Source: Candidatus Multivoradales bacterium (lineage in GTDB: Bacteria > Acidobacteriota > Thermoanaerobaculia > Multivoradales > J023). Taken from it: DNA of 64,000 nucleotides. The notes beneath the pieces were generated by a model. The model worked only from the letters and a program-made list of their open reading frames with translations. It was not told the DNA's origin and searched no databases. Positions 27,571 to 37,597 of this stretch are shown one piece after another. The position numbers and the translations under genes are program-made. Every line of letters starts with the position of its first letter. Positions within the stretch are counted from its first letter, which is position 1. Location of the stretch: assembly GCA_965248925.1 (NCBI GenBank), contig CBDFLE010000005.1:1152001-1216000 (forward strand), read 5' to 3'.

Positions 27571-27843
27571 AAAGAGAACCTCTAGCGAGAGCGCCGCTAG
27601 AGCCGCAGCAGCAGGATTTCGAGGCTGAGGGCGTACGCGCCAGGGAGGCGTTCACGACCCAGGTCTGACCGTGGAAGGAGAATAGATCGGCGCGGGGATG
27701 AACGGCAGCACCAGGGCGATCAACAACCCTGTCTCGCGGCAGCCAACGACGATTGAGACCAACTCCACCAGCAGTCCCAAGACAGCCCGGCAGAGCCTGC
27801 GCCGATAACTCTCGAACAGCGGCATGCCGCCGACCCTGAAGAC

Positions 27844-27877
27844 AAAAATGGCGGGTCGGCCCATCAGCCGCCCGCCA
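27844..27877 (-). terminator. Rho-independent terminator of the TonB-dependent receptor gene
   Basis: GC stem TGGCGGG(T)CGGC / GCCGCCCGCCA followed by a T5 tract on the minus strand, about 35 nt after the stop. Confidence 0.75.
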
Positions 27878-27910
27878 CTCGATCGCCGAACCGCGGCTAG
27901 CCTGGCTAGG

Positions 27911-30319
27911 CTAGAACTTGATCCGCGTGTTGACCCCGAAGGTGCGGGGTTGGTTGATCAAGAAACCCACCCGAGCCAGGGTGCCGCGCTCTTGGTCGAG
28001 AGCCAACAAGGCGCGTTCGTCGGTCAGGTTGTTGATGAACACTGCCGCGTCCCACTTCTCGTTCAAAAAGCCGAGGCGCAAGTTGAGAATATCGTAGGCC
28101 GGCAGCTCGGGGTCGAAGGTGAAAGTGCTGCCGTTCAGCGGGCCGCCAATGTTGTTGGGATCAAAAGCCAGCAGATTGACGGTACCGAAACCCGCCGCCT
28201 GGTCGCCGATCTGGGTGAAACGCGAGCCCACATGCTGGTAGGTGCCGGTGAGGTAGCCCGCCCAGCCGCCTTTCATCTCCCAGCGCTGGGTGCCTGCCAC
28301 CGCCAGCTGGAACTCCGGCACTGTCGGCAGGCGATTGCCTTCTTTGATCCCCGAAACGACGCTGACGTTGCCGGCGGCATCGGTGGAAGTTAGGGTGGAA
28401 TCGAGCTGAGAATCAACATAGCTGGTCGAAATAGCAACATCGAAAAAGTTGGTCAGTTGGGCGGCAAATTCGAGCTCGATGCCGGTGCTGCTGGCGTCGG
28501 GCACGTTGAACACCACCCGCGACGAGCAGGAGCCGGCGGTCACGGTCGCCTGCAAGTCACTGATGTCCATGTGGAAAGCAGCGACGTTGAAGGTGCCGCG
28601 GCCACCCAGAATGTTGCGCTTGGCGCCGACTTCAAAATTCCACAACTCCTCGTCGTCCCAGGTGTCGTTGCCGCCAAAAGTTGCCAAATCCTCGGCGGTA
28701 CACAAGGGTAGGTTTAGTGGATCGTTGATGCCGCCGAGGCGGAAGCCCTTGGAGATCTGGGCGTTGAGCTGGGTGTCTTCGTTGAGTTGGAAGCTGGCGA
28801 TCAGGCGCGGCGCAATGCCGTCGGCCGAAGTCGAGCCGAGCATGGTGCCCGGAGCGGCAAAGATGCCGTCGAAAGTCTGTACCCGGTCCTCGGTGAAATC
28901 GTACCAACGCAGACCCGCGGTGAGGTCGAAGCGATCGCTGAAGGCATAGGTCATCTCGCCGAAGACCGCCAGCTGCTCAAATTCATAGGCCAGGTCGGAG
29001 AAAAACAGCACGTCACGACCGGCGCCGAAGTTACCAGCGGTGGGAATGCCGGTGCCAGCCTCGAATCCATCAACCAACAGACTCTGACTGTAATCACGAT
29101 CAGTGCTGCTATAGAAGGCGCCGACAACCCAATCCAGCCGATCGTTGCCACCGGCCAGGCGCAACTCTTGAGTCAGCACTTCGGCGGTGGTGCCGTCGTC
29201 CAAGGGCCCGTCAAGAGTGTAAATGTTCTCCGCCAAACCGATCGAGCCGCCGGTAATGCTGGCGGTCAGGGCGGTGGCATCACGCACCACCAACACGTCC
29301 CGGTCGGTGAAGGAAGTGACCGAGGTGAGGGTCAAATCGCCAAACTCGGCCTCGATAGTGAGGTCGACGAGCAGAAACTCGTCGGTGAACGGCTCTTCGA
29401 TCTGAGTGAACTGCTGCCGCTCACCCAGATCCACCGCCGGCCGCGTGGTGGTGAAGGGGTTGGCCAGAATGTTGTAAGCGTCAGCCCGGTTCCAACCGTC
29501 GGTATTGACTTCCTGGTAGATCAGCCGTGGGGTGATGGTCACCCGCTCATTGGGTTCGAAGCGCATCGCCAACCGCACCCCGGCGCGGTCGCCGCTGTTG
29601 ACGTCTTCGTTGACGCTGAGATCAGGCTGCACGGCATCGATAAAGCCACCCATTTCGGTGAAGTAAGCTGCGATGCGCAGCGCCGCCTTCTCGCCCATCG
29701 GCGTATTGATCGCCACCTTGGCGCTTCCACCGAACTCGCCATCGGTCATCGTGCTGAGACCAAATTCGCCAAACGATTCGCTAACCCCCAATTCGGGCTG
29801 ATTGCTGATGTAGCGCACCGTGCCCGACAAGGAACCCGAACCAAACAACGTGCCCTGGGGTCCGCGCAGCACCTCGACCCGCGACATGTCGAACAGGTCG
29901 ATATCAGGGGTAAACAGGGACAGCGAAATCACCGATTCGTCGAGGTAGACCCCGACCTGCTCCTTGACCCCTGGCTGATCGCGGACGATCTGGCCGGCTG
30001 AGACCCCGCGCATGGCGACCTGGCTCTGGCCGGGACCGAGATTCTGCACACTGAATCCCGCGATGTTGGCAGAGAGGTCTTCAATGGTCTGGACTCCGCG
30101 ATCACGCAACACTTCTTCAGTGGGCGCCACCACCGAGAAAGGCACTTCCTGCAACGTCTCTTCACGCTTCCGCGCGGTCACCGTCACCTCCTCGGAAAAC
30201 GCCTGCCCCGTCTCGGCGGCAGCTGGCTCTTCGCTTTCCTGGGCAAGCACTGGTGAGCCCAAGGTGGTGGTCAGTAGCAATGCGCCGGCCCAAGTACTGG
30301 TCGCCAAGAGGCTTTTCAT
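27911..30319 (-). CDS. TonB-dependent receptor
   Basis: Signal peptide, TonB box EEVTVTARKREE, plug motif RVEVLRGPQGTLFG, C-terminal PRTFGVNTRIKF. Confidence 0.96.
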   Translation of the reverse strand: MKSLLATSTWAGALLLTTTLGSPVLAQESEEPAAAETGQAFSEEVTVTARKREETLQEVPFSVVAPTEEVLRDRGVQTIEDLSANIAGFSVQNLGPGQSQVAMRGVSAGQIVRDQPGVKEQVGVYLDESVISLSLFTPDIDLFDMSRVEVLRGPQGTLFGSGSLSGTVRYISNQPELGVSESFGEFGLSTMTDGEFGGSAKVAINTPMGEKAALRIAAYFTEMGGFIDAVQPDLSVNEDVNSGDRAGVRLAMRFEPNERVTITPRLIYQEVNTDGWNRADAYNILANPFTTTRPAVDLGERQQFTQIEEPFTDEFLLVDLTIEAEFGDLTLTSVTSFTDRDVLVVRDATALTASITGGSIGLAENIYTLDGPLDDGTTAEVLTQELRLAGGNDRLDWVVGAFYSSTDRDYSQSLLVDGFEAGTGIPTAGNFGAGRDVLFFSDLAYEFEQLAVFGEMTYAFSDRFDLTAGLRWYDFTEDRVQTFDGIFAAPGTMLGSTSADGIAPRLIASFQLNEDTQLNAQISKGFRLGGINDPLNLPLCTAEDLATFGGNDTWDDEELWNFEVGAKRNILGGRGTFNVAAFHMDISDLQATVTAGSCSSRVVFNVPDASSTGIELEFAAQLTNFFDVAISTSYVDSQLDSTLTSTDAAGNVSVVSGIKEGNRLPTVPEFQLAVAGTQRWEMKGGWAGYLTGTYQHVGSRFTQIGDQAAGFGTVNLLAFDPNNIGGPLNGSTFTFDPELPAYDILNLRLGFLNEKWDAAVFINNLTDERALLALDQERGTLARVGFLINQPRTFGVNTRIKF

Positions 30320-30615
30320 GACGTTGTCTCCATATCAAGGTGGTCTCTTCTGCTGGGAGAACTGCCCCCCAAGCCCGTGCCGCGCAGATCCGGCAATGCC
30401 CAGGAAATCATGTCCCCGAGTGCCTTGGTCCGCAGCGTTAGTCTGTCAAAGCCATCGAACGATAAGGCTCACGCCGAGAGGCTGTCAAACAAATTCTTGT
30501 CGCAGTTTCTCCTCTCTTGGCCGCTTGCCAAGCCTGCCGCCAGTCAGATTCCGCCCACCGAACGCGAACTAACCCCTGAACTGAAAAGCACTTGAACTCT
30601 GAGGAGGTAGTCGCC

Positions 30616-33042
30616 ATGAGGTCCTACGCTGGATTGTTGACCTTGATCTTTTCTCTGTGGCTGAGTCCACTGACCGCCCACGCCGACCTGGGAGTCAAAT
30701 CCCTCTCCGGGCCGCCGGTCGAACTCGAGCTATACCATCTGCCATCGGCCGCTGAGCTGACCGTACCGTCGAACTTATTGCTGATCGATCAGCGGACCAC
30801 TGCTCGAGATAGCAAGGCCACCGAGACCCCGGGCACCTCCTTCAGCACCGTTGCCGGGGTCGGCTTCAGCCTGCTGCAGGTGACCACTAGCTACCCCTCT
30901 TTCGGCTCCGCTATCCTCACCTCGCCAGCTGGCGCTCGCTATGAGATCCGCGGGGGTGCGATCACTTGCAATGACCGCCCTTGCAACGACGATCAAGCCA
31001 ACTTGGTGAGCGAGGCCTTCCGCCGTCAGGCGCCCGCTGGAGTCGCCATCTTCTCGATATCCGGCGCCGAGGTCGAGGGCGGCAGCTGGACCCTCACCTT
31101 GAACGGGCCCGGTCACTCGGTGACGGTCGAATCGATGATCAGCTTCGAGGAAGACAAGGTCGAGGTGGGTCTCGAGCCAGAACCCTGCCGCGGATCGACC
31201 GGCAACGCCGTTTGCGCCGCAGCCGACACCGCCCACACGGCCTACAATCTGACCGCAGGTGCCGAGCCAGTGCTCAGCCTGTCGATGACCAGCTCGGACC
31301 CGCAGGGTCGCCGAATTGAACAACGGTTGCAACCCACCTCGATTCGCTGGACCCTTAGCGAAACCAATTCCGCGACCCAGCTGCACCAACGGCAATACGA
31401 TAGCCGCCAAGCCGCCAACCTGCCGCGCAGCGCCAGCGGCCACACCCTGCTGCCCTTGCCCAGCCTCCCGGTGGGCAACTACACGGTGAGGATCGACGTC
31501 GTAGGCAACGTCGAGAATCGCGGGCGGATCGAAAGAACCGCCTTCTATCCGCTGCCGATCATTGCCCAGAGTTATCAGCTAGCCGGTACCGCCAGCGCCG
31601 AGGTGTTGGACGACGACCGGCTGCAAATACATCTCGATCTCGCTTCTTCTATCGCCGACGTCGGCCATGTCTACGCCTTCGCTGAAGTGTGGAGCGGCGA
31701 CGGCGAGACTCCCCTGGCCTGGATCGGCGGCATGACCCATCCGACCCTCGGCGATAGCCAGCGACCGACTCTGCCTCTTCTGTTGGACGCCCGCTGGCTG
31801 GCTCTGGCGGGCGAACATGGCAAAGATCTTGTGCTGCGAAATATCCGCCTCCAAGACCCCGACACTTTCATCCCCATCGATCAGCTCGACGAGCTACCAT
31901 TCAGCACTAGCCGGCTACCCCGAGCGGCATTTCAAGCTGCCAATGAAGTCAGCAAGGACGAATCGCTTTACATCGGCAAAGGCGATCGCTCAATCCCAAC
32001 GATCGATCTCGGTTCGCCGGCTGATCTGCGGGGCAGCAGCACTGGCATCCTGCTGGTTCATGGCTGGTGTTCGAACCCGGTTTGGCCGGTGAGCGATTTC
32101 ATCAACGGCCGCATCGGCGGTACCTCAGTGTTCAGCGACCCCAGCGCCAGCCGCTCCCACGACGCATTCGCCCAGCTGATTCGCGATCAGGGAGACGCCC
32201 GCTTCAACACCGCCTTCAGCGTCGTCGCCCACAGCCAGGGAGGTGCCGCCGCCACCCACTTGCGGGCCTACTACACCAGTGGTCTCGACAACACTACGGC
32301 ACCGCGGCGGATCCAATCGATGGGTACGCCCTATCTCGGCAGCACACTGATGGATCTCTACTTTGCCACCGGCCCGATCGGCTGGATTGTGAGCGAGATC
32401 TTCGGTTTCTGCGGCCAGCAATTCAGCTTGACGACTTTCGGTAGCCTGCTGTGGAACGTCTCTCTTCCGAGCTTTGTTCGTGACGAGGTGTTCTTCTACC
32501 GTACCCGCCATACCCGGCCGAGCAACTTCTGGCAGCGCCTGCAATTCTGGCGCTGGCGTTGCAACCTCGCCTCCTTCATCATCCCCAGCGCTGACGATGG
32601 CGTTGTGGCCGACTTCCAAGGCATCTTGTGGGGCGGCAATAGTCTGGGTATCACCGATGGCGAATGTCATACCGGCGGCATGCACCACCCTTCCCAAACC
32701 CGCAATGGTACGCGCAACGACACCATGGACCGCCTCGGCCGACCGCAGCCGGCGGGGCCGGCCGCCAACTGTTTCGTCCAGTCCACCTGGCAGCCAGGAG
32801 GGCCGACCGGCGATGGCTACTATGAGTACTACGTCAATGCCTCCAACAGCGTCGCTGGCAGCGGCAATACGATCGCCACCTATACTTGGATCAACGGCGC
32901 CCTACCCGGCCCGCCGACCAGCAATCCGCTCTACGGGCCACTGACTCCGGGTTTGCCCGGCCATCCCAACAGCTACACCGTCTATGTGGTTGTTACCGAC
33001 ACGTCGGGAGCTACCGCCGCCACTAGCTGCCAGGTACCCTAG
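30616..33042 (+). CDS. Secreted conditioned-medium-factor (CMF)-like alpha/beta hydrolase
   Basis: GAGGAGG RBS, signal peptide, LLVHGWCS..VWP..DF, SHDAFAQLI, VAHSQGG.AA.HL..YY.SGLD, IQSMGTPY.G; Ig/PKD-like tail. Confidence 0.78.
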   Translation: MRSYAGLLTLIFSLWLSPLTAHADLGVKSLSGPPVELELYHLPSAAELTVPSNLLLIDQRTTARDSKATETPGTSFSTVAGVGFSLLQVTTSYPSFGSAILTSPAGARYEIRGGAITCNDRPCNDDQANLVSEAFRRQAPAGVAIFSISGAEVEGGSWTLTLNGPGHSVTVESMISFEEDKVEVGLEPEPCRGSTGNAVCAAADTAHTAYNLTAGAEPVLSLSMTSSDPQGRRIEQRLQPTSIRWTLSETNSATQLHQRQYDSRQAANLPRSASGHTLLPLPSLPVGNYTVRIDVVGNVENRGRIERTAFYPLPIIAQSYQLAGTASAEVLDDDRLQIHLDLASSIADVGHVYAFAEVWSGDGETPLAWIGGMTHPTLGDSQRPTLPLLLDARWLALAGEHGKDLVLRNIRLQDPDTFIPIDQLDELPFSTSRLPRAAFQAANEVSKDESLYIGKGDRSIPTIDLGSPADLRGSSTGILLVHGWCSNPVWPVSDFINGRIGGTSVFSDPSASRSHDAFAQLIRDQGDARFNTAFSVVAHSQGGAAATHLRAYYTSGLDNTTAPRRIQSMGTPYLGSTLMDLYFATGPIGWIVSEIFGFCGQQFSLTTFGSLLWNVSLPSFVRDEVFFYRTRHTRPSNFWQRLQFWRWRCNLASFIIPSADDGVVADFQGILWGGNSLGITDGECHTGGMHHPSQTRNGTRNDTMDRLGRPQPAGPAANCFVQSTWQPGGPTGDGYYEYYVNASNSVAGSGNTIATYTWINGALPGPPTSNPLYGPLTPGLPGHPNSYTVYVVVTDTSGATAATSCQVP

Positions 33043-33053
33043 CCGAGGTTCTC

Positions 33054-35021
33054 CTAGGGATCGAAAAAGAAGGGGCTGGTCCAGGCGGCGTGGCCATCGC
33101 GCTGCACCGCTCGCAAATAGAGGTAGTCACCAGCCTCGGCGGTAGCAATCTCGACCGCGAAGGCGCAGCGCAACTCGCCATCGCAAGGGACTTGCGAGGC
33201 TAAATCGCCGTTACTGATCAGCTCGACTCGGTCGAGTTCAGCCACGGCGAAGACCTGGGCCACCAGAGTGCGGGGGGGGATGCCGGGCAGCGGCCCCACC
33301 TTGCCCGCGCCATAGTCCTGAGCCGAGATCGCGGCACCCATCTGCCATCCTGCCAGGCTGACCCGCAGCAAGATCCGTGGGCCGCTGGTGGCATAGGTGC
33401 GGCGAGCGGTTAGGGCTTCGTAGACCGCTTCACGGCTCAGTTCATCGGCCAAGATTGCCGCCAGCCCCCCCGCCGGGGAAGCCAGATGGCCCAGTCCTGG
33501 ATGGCCATCATGACCATCGCTAGAACCGATGAAACCCAGTCGATAGCCTCGCGCCAGAGCATCGCGAACGAAGTTTCCGGCCACCGGCTGGTAGATCAAC
33601 AGCGGCGAGTCGGCCGCCTCGCTGGAGCCATGCACCGAGACGATCTCAGTCACTGGCTCGAATCGGGGATCGGGAGCGATCGACCAATCGGTGGCAATCG
33701 GCCCACCTGCACTGTGGTGGGCGATGGTCAAGGCGCGGCGGCCAGCGAGCGCCCGCCACAGCTCGTCCGGGGTGTCGAACTCCGCTGCCAACGAACTGAA
33801 GATCCGCGGCCGGCTGTCGAAAAAGAGTACATGGCGATGGCCGTGAATCCAGCTGGTCCACTCGAAACCTGGGATGGTGACGAAGCGGCCAGGCTGATGG
33901 AAGGCGGTTCCCTGATCGATAATCTCGGCCCACATCGCTGGGTTCTGGTCGAGGAAGGGTAAGCCCCAATGGTCGTGATCGGTCAACGCCACCACATCGA
34001 GGGCCGACACATCGCGGGCGTAGCGAAAAAAGTCTTCAGGCAGCGCGGTTCCATCGGAAAAATTAGAGTGGTTTTGCAGGTCAGCCCACAGCACTCGGCG
34101 TCCAGCCGCGGCGACCTGCAAAGGGTTCGAAACCGCGCTCAGGCCGAGGTCACTGATCGCCTCGACGCGCACCACCCCAGCTTCGCGAGGAGTGATTTCG
34201 AGGGTTCGCTGCCCCAAGTCGGCTGGCGTCAAACGCACGCTCCGCGGCATCTCCACCGAGGTGGAATCGACCACCAGTTTGATCTCAGTGGCCGCCGCGA
34301 TACCCGCGTTACCCTGCCCATCGAGCAAAGCGATAGTGAGTCGCACCGGCTCACCCGGATGGGCGGTTGAAGGCAAAGTGAGGAACAATCGCCGAGGCGC
34401 GCCGGCCACCACTTCGACAGTCGGCGACTGCTGCAACAAACCACGAACTCCATCGCCATCGCCATCGACCGCAATCCAGAAACGCGATCCGCGCTCGGCA
34501 AAGCGATCACCGCGGGCGCCTTGGGAGCCAGCGCCGTAGAGGATCTCAATGCGTTCCCCAGCGGCTAGAGGCCGGCCGCCAATGGTGATGCCGAGCAGCT
34601 GCTGATCGATCGTCTCTGGGTGTAGCTCAACCCCCGTGGCGGTGGTCGAGAGGGAACAGAAGCCAGGCGCATCCGGACGCTCGGTCTGCGGCGTTGACCA
34701 GCCCCAGAAGGGCGACACCTGGAGGAACACCGTGCCCCCTACCGCCACCCCCGGCGACCCGGCTTCGAACCAGATCCGCCAGCGACCCGGCCGGCCAGCG
34801 ACGAAGGTCGTGCTGGCGCCTGCCTCCCAGGGGTCCACCCAGGCCCGGCCAACGCCATCGGCTGCAGACCGCGCGGCGTCGAGATCCTGGCGTAGAGTTG
34901 CCACCAAGTCATGGCGTGGTTGGCGAACAGGGGCGGCGACCGCCGCCTGCTCAGCAGGCGGCGTAGCGCAGGCGCCCAGTAGCAGGGCGAGAGTCGCCGC
35001 TCTAGAGTGCAGAGGGGTCAG
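33054..35021 (-). CDS. DUF3604/PHP-type metallohydrolase, probable lipoprotein
   Basis: WADLQNHSNFSDG, ALTDHDH, PGFEWT, HGSSE, GSSDGHDGHPG, AWTSP; frame stays open upstream of the ORF-track start (34907) through lipobox LLLGAC. Confidence 0.85.
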   Translation of the reverse strand: MTPLHSRAATLALLLGACATPPAEQAAVAAPVRQPRHDLVATLRQDLDAARSAADGVGRAWVDPWEAGASTTFVAGRPGRWRIWFEAGSPGVAVGGTVFLQVSPFWGWSTPQTERPDAPGFCSLSTTATGVELHPETIDQQLLGITIGGRPLAAGERIEILYGAGSQGARGDRFAERGSRFWIAVDGDGDGVRGLLQQSPTVEVVAGAPRRLFLTLPSTAHPGEPVRLTIALLDGQGNAGIAAATEIKLVVDSTSVEMPRSVRLTPADLGQRTLEITPREAGVVRVEAISDLGLSAVSNPLQVAAAGRRVLWADLQNHSNFSDGTALPEDFFRYARDVSALDVVALTDHDHWGLPFLDQNPAMWAEIIDQGTAFHQPGRFVTIPGFEWTSWIHGHRHVLFFDSRPRIFSSLAAEFDTPDELWRALAGRRALTIAHHSAGGPIATDWSIAPDPRFEPVTEIVSVHGSSEAADSPLLIYQPVAGNFVRDALARGYRLGFIGSSDGHDGHPGLGHLASPAGGLAAILADELSREAVYEALTARRTYATSGPRILLRVSLAGWQMGAAISAQDYGAGKVGPLPGIPPRTLVAQVFAVAELDRVELISNGDLASQVPCDGELRCAFAVEIATAEAGDYLYLRAVQRDGHAAWTSPFFFDP

Positions 35022-35698
35022 TGGACTTGCTCGGGTTGGGCGTCGTCGCGATGCCGCAGATCGAGGCCCATACCCATCAGCGACAACAGCATTTGATGGC
35101 GGTGATCGACATCTTCTGCTTCGAGCAATGCTTGCTTCTCGGCCGGTGCGAAAGGCAGGGCCATGGCCAAGCTGTTGAGAATCGCTAGCCCGGAGAGTTC
35201 CCGCAACTTGTCGAGATCGAGTTCGAGATGGTTGGCACGGCCGAAAACCTGTAGCGCCAGCAGCAGATCATCGGCATCGAATTCGGCCTGTCCGCTCTGC
35301 CGTGCATCTTCGGCAAACTCCGCGTAGTCAGCCTCGACCCGGCGATAGCCACTCTGCGGCGGCAGCTCACGGCGAATGCGGAAGCGGCTGACCCCCTCCA
35401 GTAGCAAGATGTAACGGTCATCGTCGAGACGCTCCCAACGATCTATGCGGCCAGCGCAGCCGACCCCATAGAGCTGCTGCTTATCGCCCTCGCTCTCGCC
35501 CTCGCGGCGGGATTCGCCAGCGTCCGCGAAAGGCTGAATCATCCCCATATAACGATGACTGTCGAGGGCGTCCTGCACCAATGCCAGGAAACGGGGCTCG
35601 AAGATGTGCAACGGTAGGCGACTGCCAGGCAGCAGCAACGCCCCATTGAGGGGAAAGATCGGCAGAATTTCGGGACACTCGCCGTCAAACTCGGCCAT
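35018..35698 (-). CDS. LON peptidase substrate-binding domain protein
   Basis: LPIFPLNGALLLPGSRLPLHIFEPRF, VGCAGRI, GVSRFRI, EKQALLEA. Confidence 0.93.
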   Translation of the reverse strand: MAEFDGECPEILPIFPLNGALLLPGSRLPLHIFEPRFLALVQDALDSHRYMGMIQPFADAGESRREGESEGDKQQLYGVGCAGRIDRWERLDDDRYILLLEGVSRFRIRRELPPQSGYRRVEADYAEFAEDARQSGQAEFDADDLLLALQVFGRANHLELDLDKLRELSGLAILNSLAMALPFAPAEKQALLEAEDVDHRHQMLLSLMGMGLDLRHRDDAQPEQVH

Positions 35699-35869
35699 TG
35701 GGCAGCCTCCAAGAAATGTCGAGACGCGCTCGACTAGAGTAGCTTATCAAACCCGCTGTCTGCGAAATCGTACAGGCGGGCTGGTCTTTTTTCTCTGTTC
35801 GGCGGTGGTTCGGGGTCAGCGGTAACAAATCTTTCAGGCTGGCGTTGATCTTACTAAGAGGCCAACAAC

Positions 35870-37597
35870 ATGAGCGAAAACCCCCTGTCTCGATTCTTAC
35901 CCAGCAGCACTTCGGCCCTGCTCATCATCACTTTGCTAGGGGTCAGTTCCAGCGCCGCCGCCAGACCCCTTCGACTGCGCGCCGTCGAAGTGCCACTGCC
36001 GGGACCGCCAGCCGCCATCGTCCCGGCGGACCTCGATGGCGATGGCATCCATGATTTGTCGGTGGTCGTGGCCTACACCCGGTGGGATCAGATCAGCATC
36101 GAAGAAAGCAGCGAGATCGATGGCATCGAAGGGCTGGTCGAGGTGCTCACCATCGTGCCCTCGCTGCTCGACCGGCGCGAGCTGCGGGTTTATCTGGGCC
36201 AGCAAGAGGGGGGCTACGTGGCTGCCGGCGAGCCCCTGGAGCTGGGCCTCGAAGTGCTTGCCCTGGCCGCCGGAACCGCGACTTGGCCGGTGGTGGCGCT
36301 GACCGACAGCGGCCTCTCCGCCCTGCGGCTGCAAGGTCCAACCGACGACCGACACATCGTCCTTGAGCCAGTGCTGAAGGAGCGCCCTGTGATGGCTGGC
36401 AGTGGGATCTTCCTGCCCCGGCTGGAGCTGGCCCAAGACCTCGACGGCGATGGTGACCAGGACATTCTCTTTCCCGCCGCCAACGGAGCGGCGATCTATC
36501 TCGACCAAAACGGCCAACTGCAATTGGCCAGCCGTCAGACATTGCCCACCGACCGGCGCTACGCCAGCGGTGGGCGTCTCTACCGCCACTATCCGCGACC
36601 GCAAGTCAAAGATGTCACCGGCGACGGACTGCCCGACATATTGTCGCCTGACGACCGCCACGGCTGGCAGAAGTTCCACCTGCAAGTCGGCCTGGGCAAC
36701 GGCCGCTTCGGCGACCCCCGAGAACCCCTCGAGGGTACTCGCTTGGGTGCCCTCGCCGCAGCTGAAACCAAGGCCGCCAACGGGGCTGAGGCCGGCCAAG
36801 ACACCAGCGAGGAATCCGCTGAGCAGCCGCAAGAGGAGCGCGAAGAGCTGGTCCACTTTGGTGATCTCGATGGCGATGGCCGCGGCGAGTACCTCACCAG
36901 CACTCCATTGAGCGACGGCAAAGACGGCCTGCGAGCGGGGCTGGCTGAAGTCAAGCGCCCCTCGTTTCGCTTCGCCATCTATCCCAGCGCCGAGGATCGT
37001 GCGCCGGCGGCAGAACCCAGCCATACCTTCCCGGTCACCGGCTATTCGTTCGGTGGCGAGTCGAGCATCGGCCTACCCGGCGGCATGCGCGACCTCGACG
37101 GCGACGGTCGCCTTGATTTGATCACCCTGACCTTGGAGTTCTCGATGCTCCAGGCACTGCGGATTCTGGCCACCAAATCACTCAGCGTGGGCATCGATTT
37201 CCACCTCTGGTGTCAGCAGCAAGACGGCAGCTTCGGCCAGGTCGATGGGCTCGACTTATCAGGCAAGCTACGCCTCAACTTGAAGGATTTGGCGCTGGGC
37301 CAGTTATCCCAATTCGCCGGCGACTTCGATGGGGACGGTCGGGCCGACTTTGTGCAAATGGGGAGGGGTAAGAAAGTCACCATCCACCGCGGCCAACCTG
37401 GCTGCTCCTACCCCGGCAAGCCTGATCTGGTGCTGAAGCTCGCCGACGCGCCGCGTGATCTCGGCCTTGTGCGGGTCGAGGATTTCGACGGCGATGGCCT
37501 TTCCGACCTGTTGATCATTCAACCCGAGAGGGCCGTCGAAGCCGGTGTCACGCCACCGGTTCGGCTCGATCTCTATCTTTCGGGAGAGCGTTCATGA
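35870..37597 (+). CDS. Secreted FG-GAP/VCBS repeat protein
   Basis: Signal peptide and about seven DLDGDG/DFDGDG-type repeats. Confidence 0.88.
   Translation: MSENPLSRFLPSSTSALLIITLLGVSSSAAARPLRLRAVEVPLPGPPAAIVPADLDGDGIHDLSVVVAYTRWDQISIEESSEIDGIEGLVEVLTIVPSLLDRRELRVYLGQQEGGYVAAGEPLELGLEVLALAAGTATWPVVALTDSGLSALRLQGPTDDRHIVLEPVLKERPVMAGSGIFLPRLELAQDLDGDGDQDILFPAANGAAIYLDQNGQLQLASRQTLPTDRRYASGGRLYRHYPRPQVKDVTGDGLPDILSPDDRHGWQKFHLQVGLGNGRFGDPREPLEGTRLGALAAAETKAANGAEAGQDTSEESAEQPQEEREELVHFGDLDGDGRGEYLTSTPLSDGKDGLRAGLAEVKRPSFRFAIYPSAEDRAPAAEPSHTFPVTGYSFGGESSIGLPGGMRDLDGDGRLDLITLTLEFSMLQALRILATKSLSVGIDFHLWCQQQDGSFGQVDGLDLSGKLRLNLKDLALGQLSQFAGDFDGDGRADFVQMGRGKKVTIHRGQPGCSYPGKPDLVLKLADAPRDLGLVRVEDFDGDGLSDLLIIQPERAVEAGVTPPVRLDLYLSGERS

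Noticed and set aside
27600-27864. Small minus-strand ORF after the TonB-dependent receptor
   Set aside because: Overlaps the terminator, has no clear RBS and no recognisable motif
30320-30600. Cobalamin or other riboswitch upstream of the TonB-dependent receptor
   Set aside because: Only a CTGCCCCC-like fragment on the wrong strand; conserved core elements not found
35750-35795. Hairpin plus T-tract as a riboswitch or attenuator
   Set aside because: Imperfect stem, T-run offset from it, and no recognisable aptamer
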